From Chrysomallon squamiferum (lineage: Eukaryota > Animalia > Mollusca), in contig CM022666.1 of the NCBI GenBank assembly GCA_012295275.1, positions 13,392,001-13,456,000 on the forward strand: DNA of 64,000 bases, written 5' to 3'. Positions within the stretch are counted from its first letter, which is position 1; each line of letters begins with the position of its first letter. Shown one piece after another: positions 1 to 11,535 of the stretch. A program made the translations under genes and the position numbers. The notes beneath the pieces are model-generated. The model ran no database searches, was not told where the DNA came from, and worked only from the letters and a program-made list of their open reading frames with translations.

Positions 1-4
1 TTAC

Positions 5-179
5 ACTGTTTGCCCTTGGCAAGAGTGAAACCAGCAGACCCTTTTTTAGCAATGAGCGATTTGCCCACCGTGTCACAACGTAAAACCATGTATTTTGTAT
101 TGCCAATTTCTAAAGATGAACATCCTGCCGCACCTTGAGTGAATGCAACTTCAGCTCTCTCAAAAAATGACTTTGGCAT
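5..179 (-). CDS. PFN: Profilin coding exon 2
   Basis: ttattacag acceptor at 181-180; 175 nt open; GTAA donor. Confidence 0.9.
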
Positions 180-715
180 CTGTAATAAAAATTAAACTAA
201 TAATAATAATAACAACAACAAAACGAAATCTAATTATAAAATTTAATAATATCTAAATTTAATTAATAGTGATAATACATTATTATTTTTATTATTATTA
301 TTATTAATTAACAGATTTTATGATTATTTTAGAAGTCGACAAATAGTGGGTGTGGTTTAAAATTATTCTGATATTCTGGAAATAACCTTTACGTTTGACA
401 GGTGCTCTGGGTTTTTAAATTTAAATAAAATAAAACATTTTGCTGAAACTGATTTTTAGTTACACATTTTTTTTTTGTGTGCAAATTTACAGCTTTCTAT
501 CAAATCTTTAACAATAGTTTATCCCGACTAGACAGCTAATTAACCTGCAAGGGAAAACAAACAAAAAAAAATCTAACACTTTTCATCAATGCGTCTGTAC
601 CGCACCAGCAACTTCCGTCAAAACCATAAATTCCTGCATGATGAGAAGATTTAATGGACTGTCCTTGAACATTTCGTGTAAGAAGTTGATTCAGCCATGC
701 TTCCCAGCCTGCCAT
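5..715 (-). CDS. PFN: Profilin, 5' part (coding exons 578-715 and 5-179; the rest lies left of the window)
   Basis: Spliced translation MAGWEAWLNQLLTRNVQGQSIKSSHHAGIYGFDGSCWCGTDALMKS|MPKSFFERAEVAFTQGAAGCSSLEIGNTKYMVLRCDTVGKSLIAKKGSAGFTLAKGKQ. It has the profilin hallmarks (N-terminal MxGW, AxIxGxDGSxW, KYMVLRxD..SLxxKKGxxG). The phase-0 intron is GT..AG, and a phase-1 GTAA donor sits at positions 4-1. Confidence 0.9.
578..715 (-). CDS. PFN: Profilin coding exon 1 (46 codons)
   Basis: aaaATG at 715; 138 nt open; GTTAGA donor at 577. Confidence 0.85.
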
Positions 716-799
716 TTTATACAGATTTACTTTTTGTGATTATAAAGAAGCTAATTTGTCAAATAAAATCCAGACTTTTCGTCAACTGATCTTTTAAAG

Positions 800-1340
800 A
801 TCGCCGCCTCCTGCGACCGGTGAAGAGACAATATCTTCCGTTAGAAAACGTTCTCGTCTGACATGACAAAAAGCACACTTCCGGTCCAGGTCTCCCACGC
901 TTTATATCAGGCATGGGCCACCTTTTTCGAGAAACTGGTGATTTTGTGTTAGTACGTAGGGTTTATTTTAGGAAATTTTTCATTTTCATCTAATTCAGGA
1001 ACTCTTATAATAAAAAACAAATTACATGTGTTTTAGTATATTAGTAGATACAGGTTAATCCAGTTTTCTGGTACCAAGGCATCTAAATACGTAAATAATT
1101 AGGCATAAACATTTTAAAATTAAAAACATAAAGAAAATTGACGATACACAACTGTGGCGACACGACACGTAAACAATACGGCGAGTGGATGAACGCCGCG
1201 CGGCTTGAAAGAGTAGTTCCGGTCTGGTGAGGACAATACCCGCGCGCTCGGACTGTGAAAATAGCATCGAAATTTTTTCCAGTTTTCTGGTCTTTACGGA
1301 TTTCAGGACGCTGGATAATTGGTCCGGTACCTGTACAAAA
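800..1340. promoter_or_regulatory. CpG-enriched promoter region upstream of profilin
   Basis: Local GC/CpG enrichment in AT-rich DNA immediately 5' of the profilin ATG; ETS-type CACTTCCGG near 876-884. Confidence 0.45.
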
Positions 1341-1527
1341 TAGACTCATTCTACAAAATTTGAATTAACATTATTTTCCTTGTGAAATTAGGCGGACCAT
1401 TCAGAAAGCCGCTCCGACCACAGTTTGCCCCTGACTGTTTTATTTTTTTTTCTGCATTCGTGATATCAGAATTAAAAGGTACGCACAGCATGGTTTATTT
1501 TATTTTTACACTAAAATGTTTCGTGAA

Positions 1528-1601
1528 AGGCTCCAGAGGGATTCGAACACTCGACCTTCTGCTTACTAGGCAGACGCTCTAACCAACTGAGCTATAGAGC
1601 C
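1528..1601 (-). tRNA. trnT-AGT: tRNA-Thr(AGT) copy 1
   Basis: 74-nt cloverleaf GGCTCTA-TA-GCTC AGTTGGTTA GAGC-G-TCTGC CT AGT AA GCAGA-AGGTC-GAGTG TTCGAAT CCCTC-TGGAGCC-T; U73 discriminator; TTTT shortly downstream. Confidence 0.92.
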
Positions 1602-2538
1602 ATATGCTTGCTTCGTCATTTAATTTTTTATAGCAATATTATGATGAATTTAATTCAAATAAAAAAAGTTTCATTTTAAAGAAAAACTGCCCCCCCCCCA
1701 TTATTGTGTAATGTTTTTCTTTCCTTTTTATTTATTTGTTTATTCAATATTATCTTCATCATAATTCATTAATTGTCAATACAGAATGATGAGGATGATG
1801 ATAATAATAATAACTTGCCGTCTACGTACAATACAAATTTATATAATGTAGTGACGTCATTTATCGATTGTTTACGTCGCTGCTTTGGAATAAGTAGCTT
1901 GACAACAGAAACAACGGTCATTTGAATTACAAATGCCAAGGTGTGAACATGCCTATCGCCAAAAACTGCAGCTAAAAACCTGAAGTATATTTCAACAATG
2001 CCAAAGGTTAACAAGCGTTTACTAAGAAGACAACACTCAGCAAGACTTTAAGTACTGCATCAGATCGAAACGTTTATAAATTCAACAAATTTGCGAAAAT
2101 CGTCATGGAAAACAAAATATATTCAGCATCAGTTCCAGAGGAACATTAATTCCACTCGAAAAGCTACACTGGGAACAGACGTATGCTTACACCGTTGTCT
2201 GCGAACATACCCGAAGTACGGAAACAAAGCAGGAAGCCGCCAGAGTTTAAAGATCAAGCTGACGTCCAGCTTTGAACTCACTCGCCATAGTAACTAGACT
2301 CGGATCCATTACTACAAACGTGCAAACGGACATACTGATTGACTCTGTGTGTGTGTGTGTGTGTGTGTGTGCGTGCGTGCATATATACAAACATACATTT
2401 AAACACAAACGCTACTATACACTAAAAGAAGCACATATACACATACACAGAGAAAGAATGAAAATACAAACGTACATACACACATTTATACACATGCATT
2501 CTAATACTTGGATACACAAATACATACATACATACATA

Positions 2539-2576
<38 letters not shown>

Positions 2577-4062
2577 AATATACATACATATATATACACA
2601 TATATACACACACGTATGTACATATGTATACACATACAAGCAGATTAACACACACAAACACAAACAAAAGGGGTATTTATACATGCATACATGCACGTTC
2701 AACAAATATATACACGTAAATAAAAAATGCATTACACACAAAAGGATGGACGTGCATTCGAACACACACCACACCTAGATACACAAGAGAACAGACAAAG
2801 AACACAAAATAACACAAACGTAACTAGATATACGTACAAACGTATATATATACTTCTATATACATTCAGTTACAAACACACTGTTGCATACATGCATACA
2901 TACACCTAACCGACATATTCACACGGCACAAAATACACGTACACATGTACACTCGAGCACACGAAAACAGAAAGAAAACCAAACATAGTAAAACGGACCC
3001 ACGCAGACACAGACATAGGTATAAGCACACACGGATACACATTATAATCATTATACATATACAACATATACACAACATGTACGTAGAAAAAACACTATAC
3101 AATACAATACTACTGCTACCACTGCTGCTGCTACAACTACTACTACTTCTTTTTCTACTACGTTTTAATAGACAGATTTAAAAGGAAGTATATGACTATG
3201 ATTTATAAGAAGATTACCAGTATTTTCATTGGATTTAGTCACAGCACTTTCCTGTATTCAGTTTGTACTTGAGCTTTGCTAAACCTGAATTTATATTTTA
3301 AAACATTCTCAACCACAGAATAAACTGGAATGCTAATAAAAATTATTTCATCACTGCATAAAGTTTGGCGTGTATACTACTAATTTTATTTACATAATTT
3401 CCGAAGTTTAAAACAAAATCAAATTTTAATAAACTCTCCCTTTTTTCTTCTTCTAATTCTATTTTTTATTATTATTATTATTTTTTTATTTTTTTTTTGG
3501 ACTTAATGAAATGTCTAATCAAATCCTAGGAAGGATATAGACCATTAACCTCCTCTGTTCGATTTGCAGCAAGTTATTATACAATCACCTTCCTGTAGAA
3601 CCTTTGGTATATAAATGTCATTTTCCAGTGGCTTTACGTTTTTTTCTTTTTAAAATAAACTTTATAAAATTTATAAACTCTGAAGTGAAGAAATTTATTA
3701 GTAGTAAAGGCTCAGTTATTAAAAGAAACGATTTTTTTTTTTTTTTTTTAAAGAAAGTAAGAAAATCGTAAACATTAAGTTATTATTTTAGATATATTTA
3801 ATATCACCCTTTGACAATAATTAAAGATAACCAAAAAATCATGCAAAACGCCAAAAAACGTACATAGAATTTAATATTTTCTGCAGCATGAATGTAAAAC
3901 ATGGTTGCTATCAAGGACTATTTCAATATCACTTTGATACTTTTTCACTTTAGAAAACTTTTTGTTTTTTTCATGCGATATATGATTATTTCTTCATTTA
4001 ATATATTTAACCTTTCGAAACAGAACTATTCATATTCGATTCCGTGCTGTAATAAAACTGTA

Positions 4063-4136
4063 AGGCTCCAGAGGGATTCGAACACTCGACCTTCTGCTTA
4101 CTAGGCAGACGCTCTAACCAACTGAGCTATAGAGCC
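4063..4136 (-). tRNA. trnT-AGT: tRNA-Thr(AGT) copy 2
   Basis: Identical to copy 1; TTTT a few nt downstream. Confidence 0.92.
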
Positions 4137-4435
4137 ACATGTTTATTGAGATCTGTAAGAGCTAGGAACTATATAAACTTTATTATTATTAAAGACATTA
4201 CGAAATATGTACAATTTCTAAACTGTTCGTACAAAGGAATTCTAGATAAATACTAAAATGAAGAAAATAGAAAGTGAAAATAGATAAAATTAAATAATTA
4301 TACGACCTTTGGTACAAGGATCTTTGGGTCAGTGACGTTTACTATTTGACACTAGGGTCATTTACCGAGGGGTCAACACACGAAAATGACACTGGACATA
4401 TACAGTTCATTTGCTTTAACTGTCACACTTTAATA

Positions 4436-4500
<65 letters not shown>

Positions 4501-4768
4501 TGTTGTTGTTGTTTTGAAGGGGTTGTTGTTGTTTTTTGTTACATTAACAACAAATATATTAATTTTATTTGTGTGTTTGTTTATTAATTAAAATTTTACT
4601 ATTTATTTAGTTATTTTATTTTTCATTTTTTTATATTGTGTCCATCACAATAATAATAACATTCTCTTACATTCTGGAATGAACTCTTCTTTTGGAAAAT
4701 AGAAGAACGAAATAAAAAAAGAAAGAAAGAAAGAGAAGGAATTAATCAAATATTTTTCGTTGTTCTTT

Positions 4769-4804
<36 letters not shown>

Positions 4805-4996
4805 CTTTTATGTTTATATTTTCTTAAATTAATTTATGAAATTAACCAAATAACTCTATAATTTAATTAGTGAAATACAAGCAGATTTTCACACTTTCAG
4901 ATTTTATTTTTCCTCATTTCCGACTTTTCAATTTCATCATTTTCGTTTCAGAAGAAATGTTCAACCATTTCATTTTGTAAAGTAAGTAAAATCAAA

Positions 4997-5070
4997 AGGC
5001 TCCAGGGGGATTCGAACCCTCGACCTTCTGCTTACTAGGCAGACGCTCTAACCAACTGAGCTATAGAGCC
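4997..5070 (-). tRNA. trnT-AGT: tRNA-Thr(AGT) copy 3 (T-stem variant)
   Basis: Same as copy 1 except the T-stem is GAGGG/CCCCC; canonical B box GGTTCGAATCC; TTTT immediately 3'. Confidence 0.92.
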
Positions 5071-5184
5071 ATAACAATCACCGAAGGTATTTATGCAGTT
5101 ATTATTACAGTCCGCAATATTCTCTCAAATAAGCGAACATAGCCGAATCATTTTCGAGGTTTTCCGACAGCTGTTAGGATTCAC

Positions 5185-5245
5185 CTCATTGACGTCACCT
5201 TGGGGAAATTCCAATCATATTTTTGGGCGGCCATATTTGTTATGC
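5185..5245. promoter_or_regulatory. Dense promoter-like motif cluster (CRE, NF-kB, CCAAT, GC box, YY1-like)
   Basis: TGACGTCA 5190-5197, GGGGAAATTCC 5202-5212, CCAAT 5211-5215, GGGCGG 5225-5230, GCGGCCATAT 5227-5236. Confidence 0.5.
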
Positions 5246-6606
5246 ATGGGAAATGGGGAAAAGGAAGAATCAACGAAACCATAACAATAGACGATGATCT
5301 GACGGATAATTCATTTTTAAGCGAACTAATTCGAGTAAGTTTGTTTTTCCTGTTGTCGTTTTATATATAATATAGTAGCAAATAATGTAGACATTTGGAA
5401 TTACAAATTTAAATGGATAATGGTTGTAATTATTGAGTAATCGAAATTGACGTAGCGACAGACGATTTCTTCTCAAGCGTAAGCATAAACTGATAAAACA
5501 TCTAAATCGGATATTATAAAATGTGTTGCAGCTTAGGTTTGCCAACTTCCATGTTCGTCTCACGTCCGTTTTATGTTGCAATAACAGACAGTGGTGCTTT
5601 CTTAATAACGCAGACGCCAGTTCCAGAACTGAAAATAAAATGATTAAATGAACCGTGCCAAAACAAGAATTTATGTTCTCTTATTAGAACTTCAATAGAC
5701 CAGAAGTGGTAATATATATCTGTAAAAGTACTTCACAATGAGTATATTAATAAATTACATTTACAGTCGTCTGTTTTATGCAGCAATTCAGAGATATTTT
5801 TTGGCTGCGTTTAATAATTTGATTTTAGAATTCAAATCAAATTCTTCATAAACAAAAGAGTTAATATCAGTTTTTCTCGTGTTCACAAAATATAACATAC
5901 ACTGTCATGACTTCAGTGTAAAACTTAAATACAACAACAATGATAATAAGAAATAATTCTGTAAAATGCAGTAAATTAATCCTGAACTGTTTATTGTCTG
6001 TTTTGTTTACTGTTGTGTCATTTGAATATTTGATTAGTGAGGCTGTATACATGTACATAAAAACATTTCTATTTTAAGATGGTCATATATCATACAGTTG
6101 AATTATGTGTTGTGTTTATATATATATATATGTATGCATGTTTGTGTGTGTGTATGTATTTGTATTTATGTATGTATGTAAATGATGTAAAGATTTGCCT
6201 CTACAAGTATTTTGCACAGGAAACTTGTGCCAGAGTCTTCAGTTATTTTTCATTTCATACATATATTCAGCAAATAAATTTGTGTGATATATATATATAT
6301 ATATATATACTGTTATATATAGCATGTGTATGAGCCGTGTGTTATTTTCAAAGCTATAAAGAAAAAAGATATACCAGCCCAGACATTCAGCCTCCATTAC
6401 AGATTACTGTATTAACATGACAGAGTATGTATGTGTGGTCTGTGAACATGCTTGTGTTGTCTGTGTGTGTTTAAATGTGCATGTATGTAAATATGGATGT
6501 GTGTGAATATTACACACACACACATAATACAGGTAGGTACATACATACGTATGTACATACATATATATATGTATATATACACACACATACATACATACGT
6601 ACATAC

Positions 6607-6661
<55 letters not shown>

Positions 6662-7394
6662 TATGTACATATACATAGATATACACAGATATTTAGATAG
6701 ATATATAGTTACACATATATATTTCTATATGTTAAAAATGCACCTGCAGGTACACACTAAATAATTTCTGCATGAGTCACTGTATCCTGTAGCTATGTTG
6801 AAAGGTTCAAAACTTTAATCTGCATGTATGTAATTTTATGAGATTATGAATCACATGAACATTTTCATATTGGAACATTTATGATGTCATGAGTATTGGT
6901 AAGAATTTTAAATTAATAATAATATCACTGCAGTATTATTAATAGTACTAGTAGCAGTTGCAGTATTAATGGTAATAGTTGTAGTAATTATAATAATAGT
7001 TGCAGTAGTAGTGGTAATAGATCCAGTAGTAATAGTAACATGGATATTTTGTTGTAATAATGGTAAAAGTAGAAGTAATAATGGCAGAAGTTGTTGTAGT
7101 ATAATATTATTATTAATATATCATTGAATAATATTATTATATTTACTTTTAATTTTTTCATTTTTTTTAACATAATCATGTTTTATATTACAATAGTTGC
7201 TAAATTTTTAATTTATTTATTAATTACTATTATTATTGTTGTTGTTAATGTATTTATTATTATTTTTATTATAAAGTTACTTTTACAAGAACTGGTTTTA
7301 TAGGGTTTTTGGTGTGGTTTTTTTTTTTTTTTTCTACTAATAAACACATCCATTCACCAAGCTGCTGGACTTTCAACCATAGTTTGCTTTGTTC

Positions 7395-7650
7395 TGTTGT
7401 GGTCATTTAGCCGGAATGTCGCACATCTCCCCCCCTCCCCCCCAAAATGTTTATCTTATTAAAGACTAATACGGTCAGGTATTTTTCTTTGTTGGGCTGC
7501 ATTCCGCGCCAGCTAATTCTTTTTCACGGTTGAGCGATTCTGTCAGATAAGTTGCAACAGAACTGTGCATTCCATTCCTAGCTCGTAGTTAAACACGTTG
7601 ATGGGTAAACAGAACGGCGAATGATTTCTTTGTGTGATTCAGGAATGTTT
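7395..7650. promoter_or_regulatory. TEAD (M-CAT) motif cluster upstream of angiomotin
   Basis: GGAATG/CATTCC at 7413, 7500, 7568, 7573 and 7642, within ~235 bp. Confidence 0.55.
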
Positions 7651-7737
7651 ACGTGGTAAAGCTGGTATACTGCATAAACTGCATAGTAGATTATTTAAAT
7701 TGCGTGTTTAATATCTCATAAGAATATTTCACACGTG

Positions 7738-7768
<31 letters not shown>

Positions 7769-8779
7769 ACACATAGTCATACACGTACATTTATTTCTTT
7801 TTGATTTATTTTAAATATATATGGTACATATTCTTTTATAAATATATTTTTAAATTATAATTTTTCATTGATTTTTTTTTATTTTTTATTATGCTATGTA
7901 CTATAATACAGATGTTATCTCTATATGTGCATTTATGCACGTATTCACATAGCAATGTATATAACTGTGATTTTACATGCCTTACATTTAATGAACAGTA
8001 TTAAGTTTATAAATGACATGTAATTTATTATTATTATTATCATTATTACTTTTTTTTCCATATATTATGTTCAACTATCAATTGATTAGCATTATTTTCC
8101 CATTCCTGTCAGAGCTCCACAAAAGGTTTGTAGCATTACATGGTATGTGCTTTTCATGCAGGAAAATAAAGTGTTATATGAAAAGTCAGTTGGTACATTT
8201 AGTTTTATAATGTTGAAAACCCACAATATCTCTGACAGTGATAATCCATTGTTTGCAATCTGGGTGATATAAAATATTCATGCCTATTCATAAAAGGAAA
8301 AAAAAACCCCACAAAACTGATAAATTAAGGCATTAAACTTTGGTATGTATTATATTAGAAACACACATTAAAAGTACTAGCTAAAAATACAAATTTACAG
8401 ACAAACTTTAGTTCAGTTTAATATTCAGGTAAAATTAATTATACAGCATTCAACCTCTGAAAACAAATTATCAACTTTGAAAAGATACGAGAATTGTAGA
8501 AACAAATTTAATTAAAATATAAAAAAATTATTATCTTTTATTTTTTCACTTTTCTTAGATAAAATTTTATCGTAATGAGTCATAGTAATGTACTTGTATG
8601 ACATTATTAAAATCCCCTTCAAGAAAAAGAAAAAACCTTTTCAACCCAAAACACCACACTTCATATTTACAAGAGCTTTATCACTGTCAACAGTAATTCA
8701 AAAAAAAAAAAGAAAAAGAAGGAAAAGAAAATCTTTGACAAAGAAGTAAATATAACTCTGTATTAGGCTAATGTTGACA

Positions 8780-9140
8780 TCTGCACAGCAGGAATGTACA
8801 CCATCTGGTCTGCTGAACACCATGAATAGACCAGCGTTTAGCCACCATGGGGGCAGGTGCTGCCAGGAATTGTGGGTAGCTAGATCACACATTTGTCATT
8901 CTGTCACGCCTGGACGAGCAGTTAGAGGACAGGCTAGGGAACACAACACCCTGCAAAGAATTCCTCACATTCCTGACTTTGTTGACCTGTTTTGTTTTCC
9001 CCCTCCTAGGTTGCTGGTGGGGAAGGGAGGGAGATGTGATGCAGGGGGGTGGCCAGTGATAGCAGCATTGGTTTATCACTGCTGTTTGTGGTGCATGCTA
9101 TTCGTGGTCACGCGCCAGTGGGTAGGAGGAATGAAGCAGA
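8780..9140. promoter_or_regulatory. GC-richer proximal regulatory block of angiomotin with TEAD sites
   Basis: GGAATG at 8791 and 9128; tandem AATTCC-tca-CATTCC at 8959-8973; complex GC-richer sequence in AT-rich surroundings. Confidence 0.5.
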
Positions 9141-9992
9141 ACAAAGACATTGTTTTGTAGATACTCCGTGTGTAACGTCACCAGTGAGGGCTGATTTCTG
9201 TCTTCTTTTTTTTTTTTTCACCTTCATTCATTCATTCATTACCTGTTACGTGTCAACACCAGTCCTATCTGTGGAGCTGGCTCGTTGATAAACTTAATGG
9301 AATAGGTTCATTCTTTGTTTTTAAAAGTCCTTTTTATTTATTTTAAGACGATTTTATAAAAGAAAGGAAATTACAAGTAAGAAAAAAAAAAAAAAAAAAG
9401 AAAATAAGAATCTGAATAATAATATTTGAAAAAAGGAAAGAAAAATAGATTAAAACAAAGAAAAAAAAGATAACAACAAAGGAAATATAATTTTCATATT
9501 TGTACTAATCTAGGTGAGACTTTTGTGAGAAGTTTATGACACCTGGTCAAAAAGGATGATGACATGTAGTTAAAAAGAAATTTCTGACAAAGGAATTTAA
9601 GCCGCTTGTAAAGGTTTCTGCATGTGGTATTTCACACTGCAGTGTGTTCTATATTCGGAAATTGTAAAAAAGGATAACACATTAATGTGAAATAGTTTCA
9701 ACATCTGTTGTGAAGTTTCCTTTTTTTCCCCTTACTTAGTGTGACAAAGTAAGAAAAACTGTTTTAGCTTCAAATCTGTTCACGCTTCTCAAAATACCTC
9801 ACACTTTCAACGAAGAATTTATTGACTAACTTTACTTAGTTTTCATCAGGAAGGAAATCATTTGTATCTGAGTCAGATAGTATATTCTGTACTAGACTCA
9901 CGTTCATAGAAATATTAGTTATATTATTTTTGGCACTGGTTGTTTTTCTGTACTTTGTTCTGGAAGAAGTTGTAATAGATGTAAAGAGAAAG

Positions 9993-10032
9993 ATGCCGGA
10001 GTACAGTAATCTACCCTGTGCACATCAGTCAG
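9993..10032 (+). CDS. AMOT: Angiomotin exon 1 (MPEYSNLPCAHQS)
   Basis: aagATG; CAG|GTATGT donor; phase 1 matches exon 2. No homology support, so less certain. Confidence 0.55.
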
Positions 10033-10208
10033 GTATGTAAATAACAAAGAGTTGAGTCAGTGAGTGATTAATGTTACAAAATTAATGTTTTATTAACAGA
10101 GAAATTAATTATTATTCTTTGTCTCTTTTGATTTAATTACCTCTTTATATTACCAATTTTATAAAAAAGAAATTATTGTTATTTATTTATTTATTTATTT
10201 TTTATTTA

Positions 10209-10261
<53 letters not shown>

Positions 10262-10625
10262 TTTAAATTATTTTCTTTTATTAAAGGGGAGAGACAGTGA
10301 AACTTTTTTTTTTTTTATATAGAATCTGGTTTAGTAATTTGATCCAATTTCATTTCATTTTATTTTATTTTTATTTTATTTATTTATTTAGAAACATAAA
10401 TGAGAAAGTAAAACTAAAATTAATTTTGTTCACTGTGTGGAATGCAAGTGTAACTCATTGTATTTAGAGATTTGATGTGTGATTGGTCTGGGGTTCAATC
10501 CTCCCTGCTTCCAGCTGTTTTATGACTGGTCTATCAAACACTGTAGTATTCAGTTAACTGCATTTTGTCTATGTCATTGTACTGCACATTTAATTTAATA
10601 ATGTGTGTATGTGTGTTATAGTCTT

Positions 10626-10666
<41 letters not shown>

Positions 10667-11504
10667 AATGTTTATGGCACCATGTAAACTAGATTAAGAA
10701 CTGTTTTAAGTGTGATGTAAATAAAATATTTATTTCTTTGCAGTATTAGTGTTAATGAAAAAGCAGTATATTTATCATTAATTTGTATTTACAAAAATTA
10801 AATGCAGCCCGTTCATTTATTAACTCATAAAACATGCATAATTACAAACATTAAGTTTTTTCCTTTGTTTTTATTTTTATTTTATTTTATTTGCTTTTAT
10901 TTTATTATATTTTATTTTAATTTTATATTATGTTTATTTTCATTTTATTTTATGACTATTTTTGTTTTATTTTATTTTATTTTATTTTATAATGTTTATT
11001 TTCATTTTATTTTATGATTATTCTCATTTTATTTTATGTTTTGTTTGTTTTGCTTTATTTATGTCTAAATTAAAATAGCAAGAATGACAAAGATCTGTTT
11101 CGTGAGTTCTCTATTTCTGACAGGTAAACTTGCTATGAGGACAGACATTAGACCATAAATTACAGTTTATTAAAGACACACCTGTAATTAAACCTACAGG
11201 TATTTGTCTGGTTCACACCATGCAATAAATATTTGTTACAGCACAGGAAACAGAGACAGAGAGATAAAAAAAAACCTGTGTGTCTTTCTTAACATGAATT
11301 ATAGTTCCCCTACAGCACATTCTGAAAGCTAACTTCCTTTTCAGTACACCTTTAGGTGCGTTACCTGTAAATTTATGCTAGCTGTAGGTAGCTTTATATA
11401 TATATATATATTTTTATTTTTTTTTAAACATAAGTGACAGGTATGTTATGTCAGGATTACCTGTTTGTTTTATCCTAGCTTTAAGTATGTATGTCCTGTA
11501 TTCA

Positions 11505-11535
<31 letters not shown>

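Noticed and set aside
1140-1280. Possible ncRNA in the GC-rich stretch upstream of profilin
   Set aside because: No snRNA, RNase P/MRP or snoRNA box motifs recognised; treated as promoter DNA.
2272-3181. Overlapping H/T/Y/I- and C/V/M-rich ORFs (also at 6079-6700)
   Set aside because: Translations of (CA)n/(TA)n/(TACA)n microsatellite mosaics.
8771-9160. 129-aa ORF upstream of AMOT
   Set aside because: No recognisable protein features; better explained as a GC-richer regulatory block or 5'UTR.
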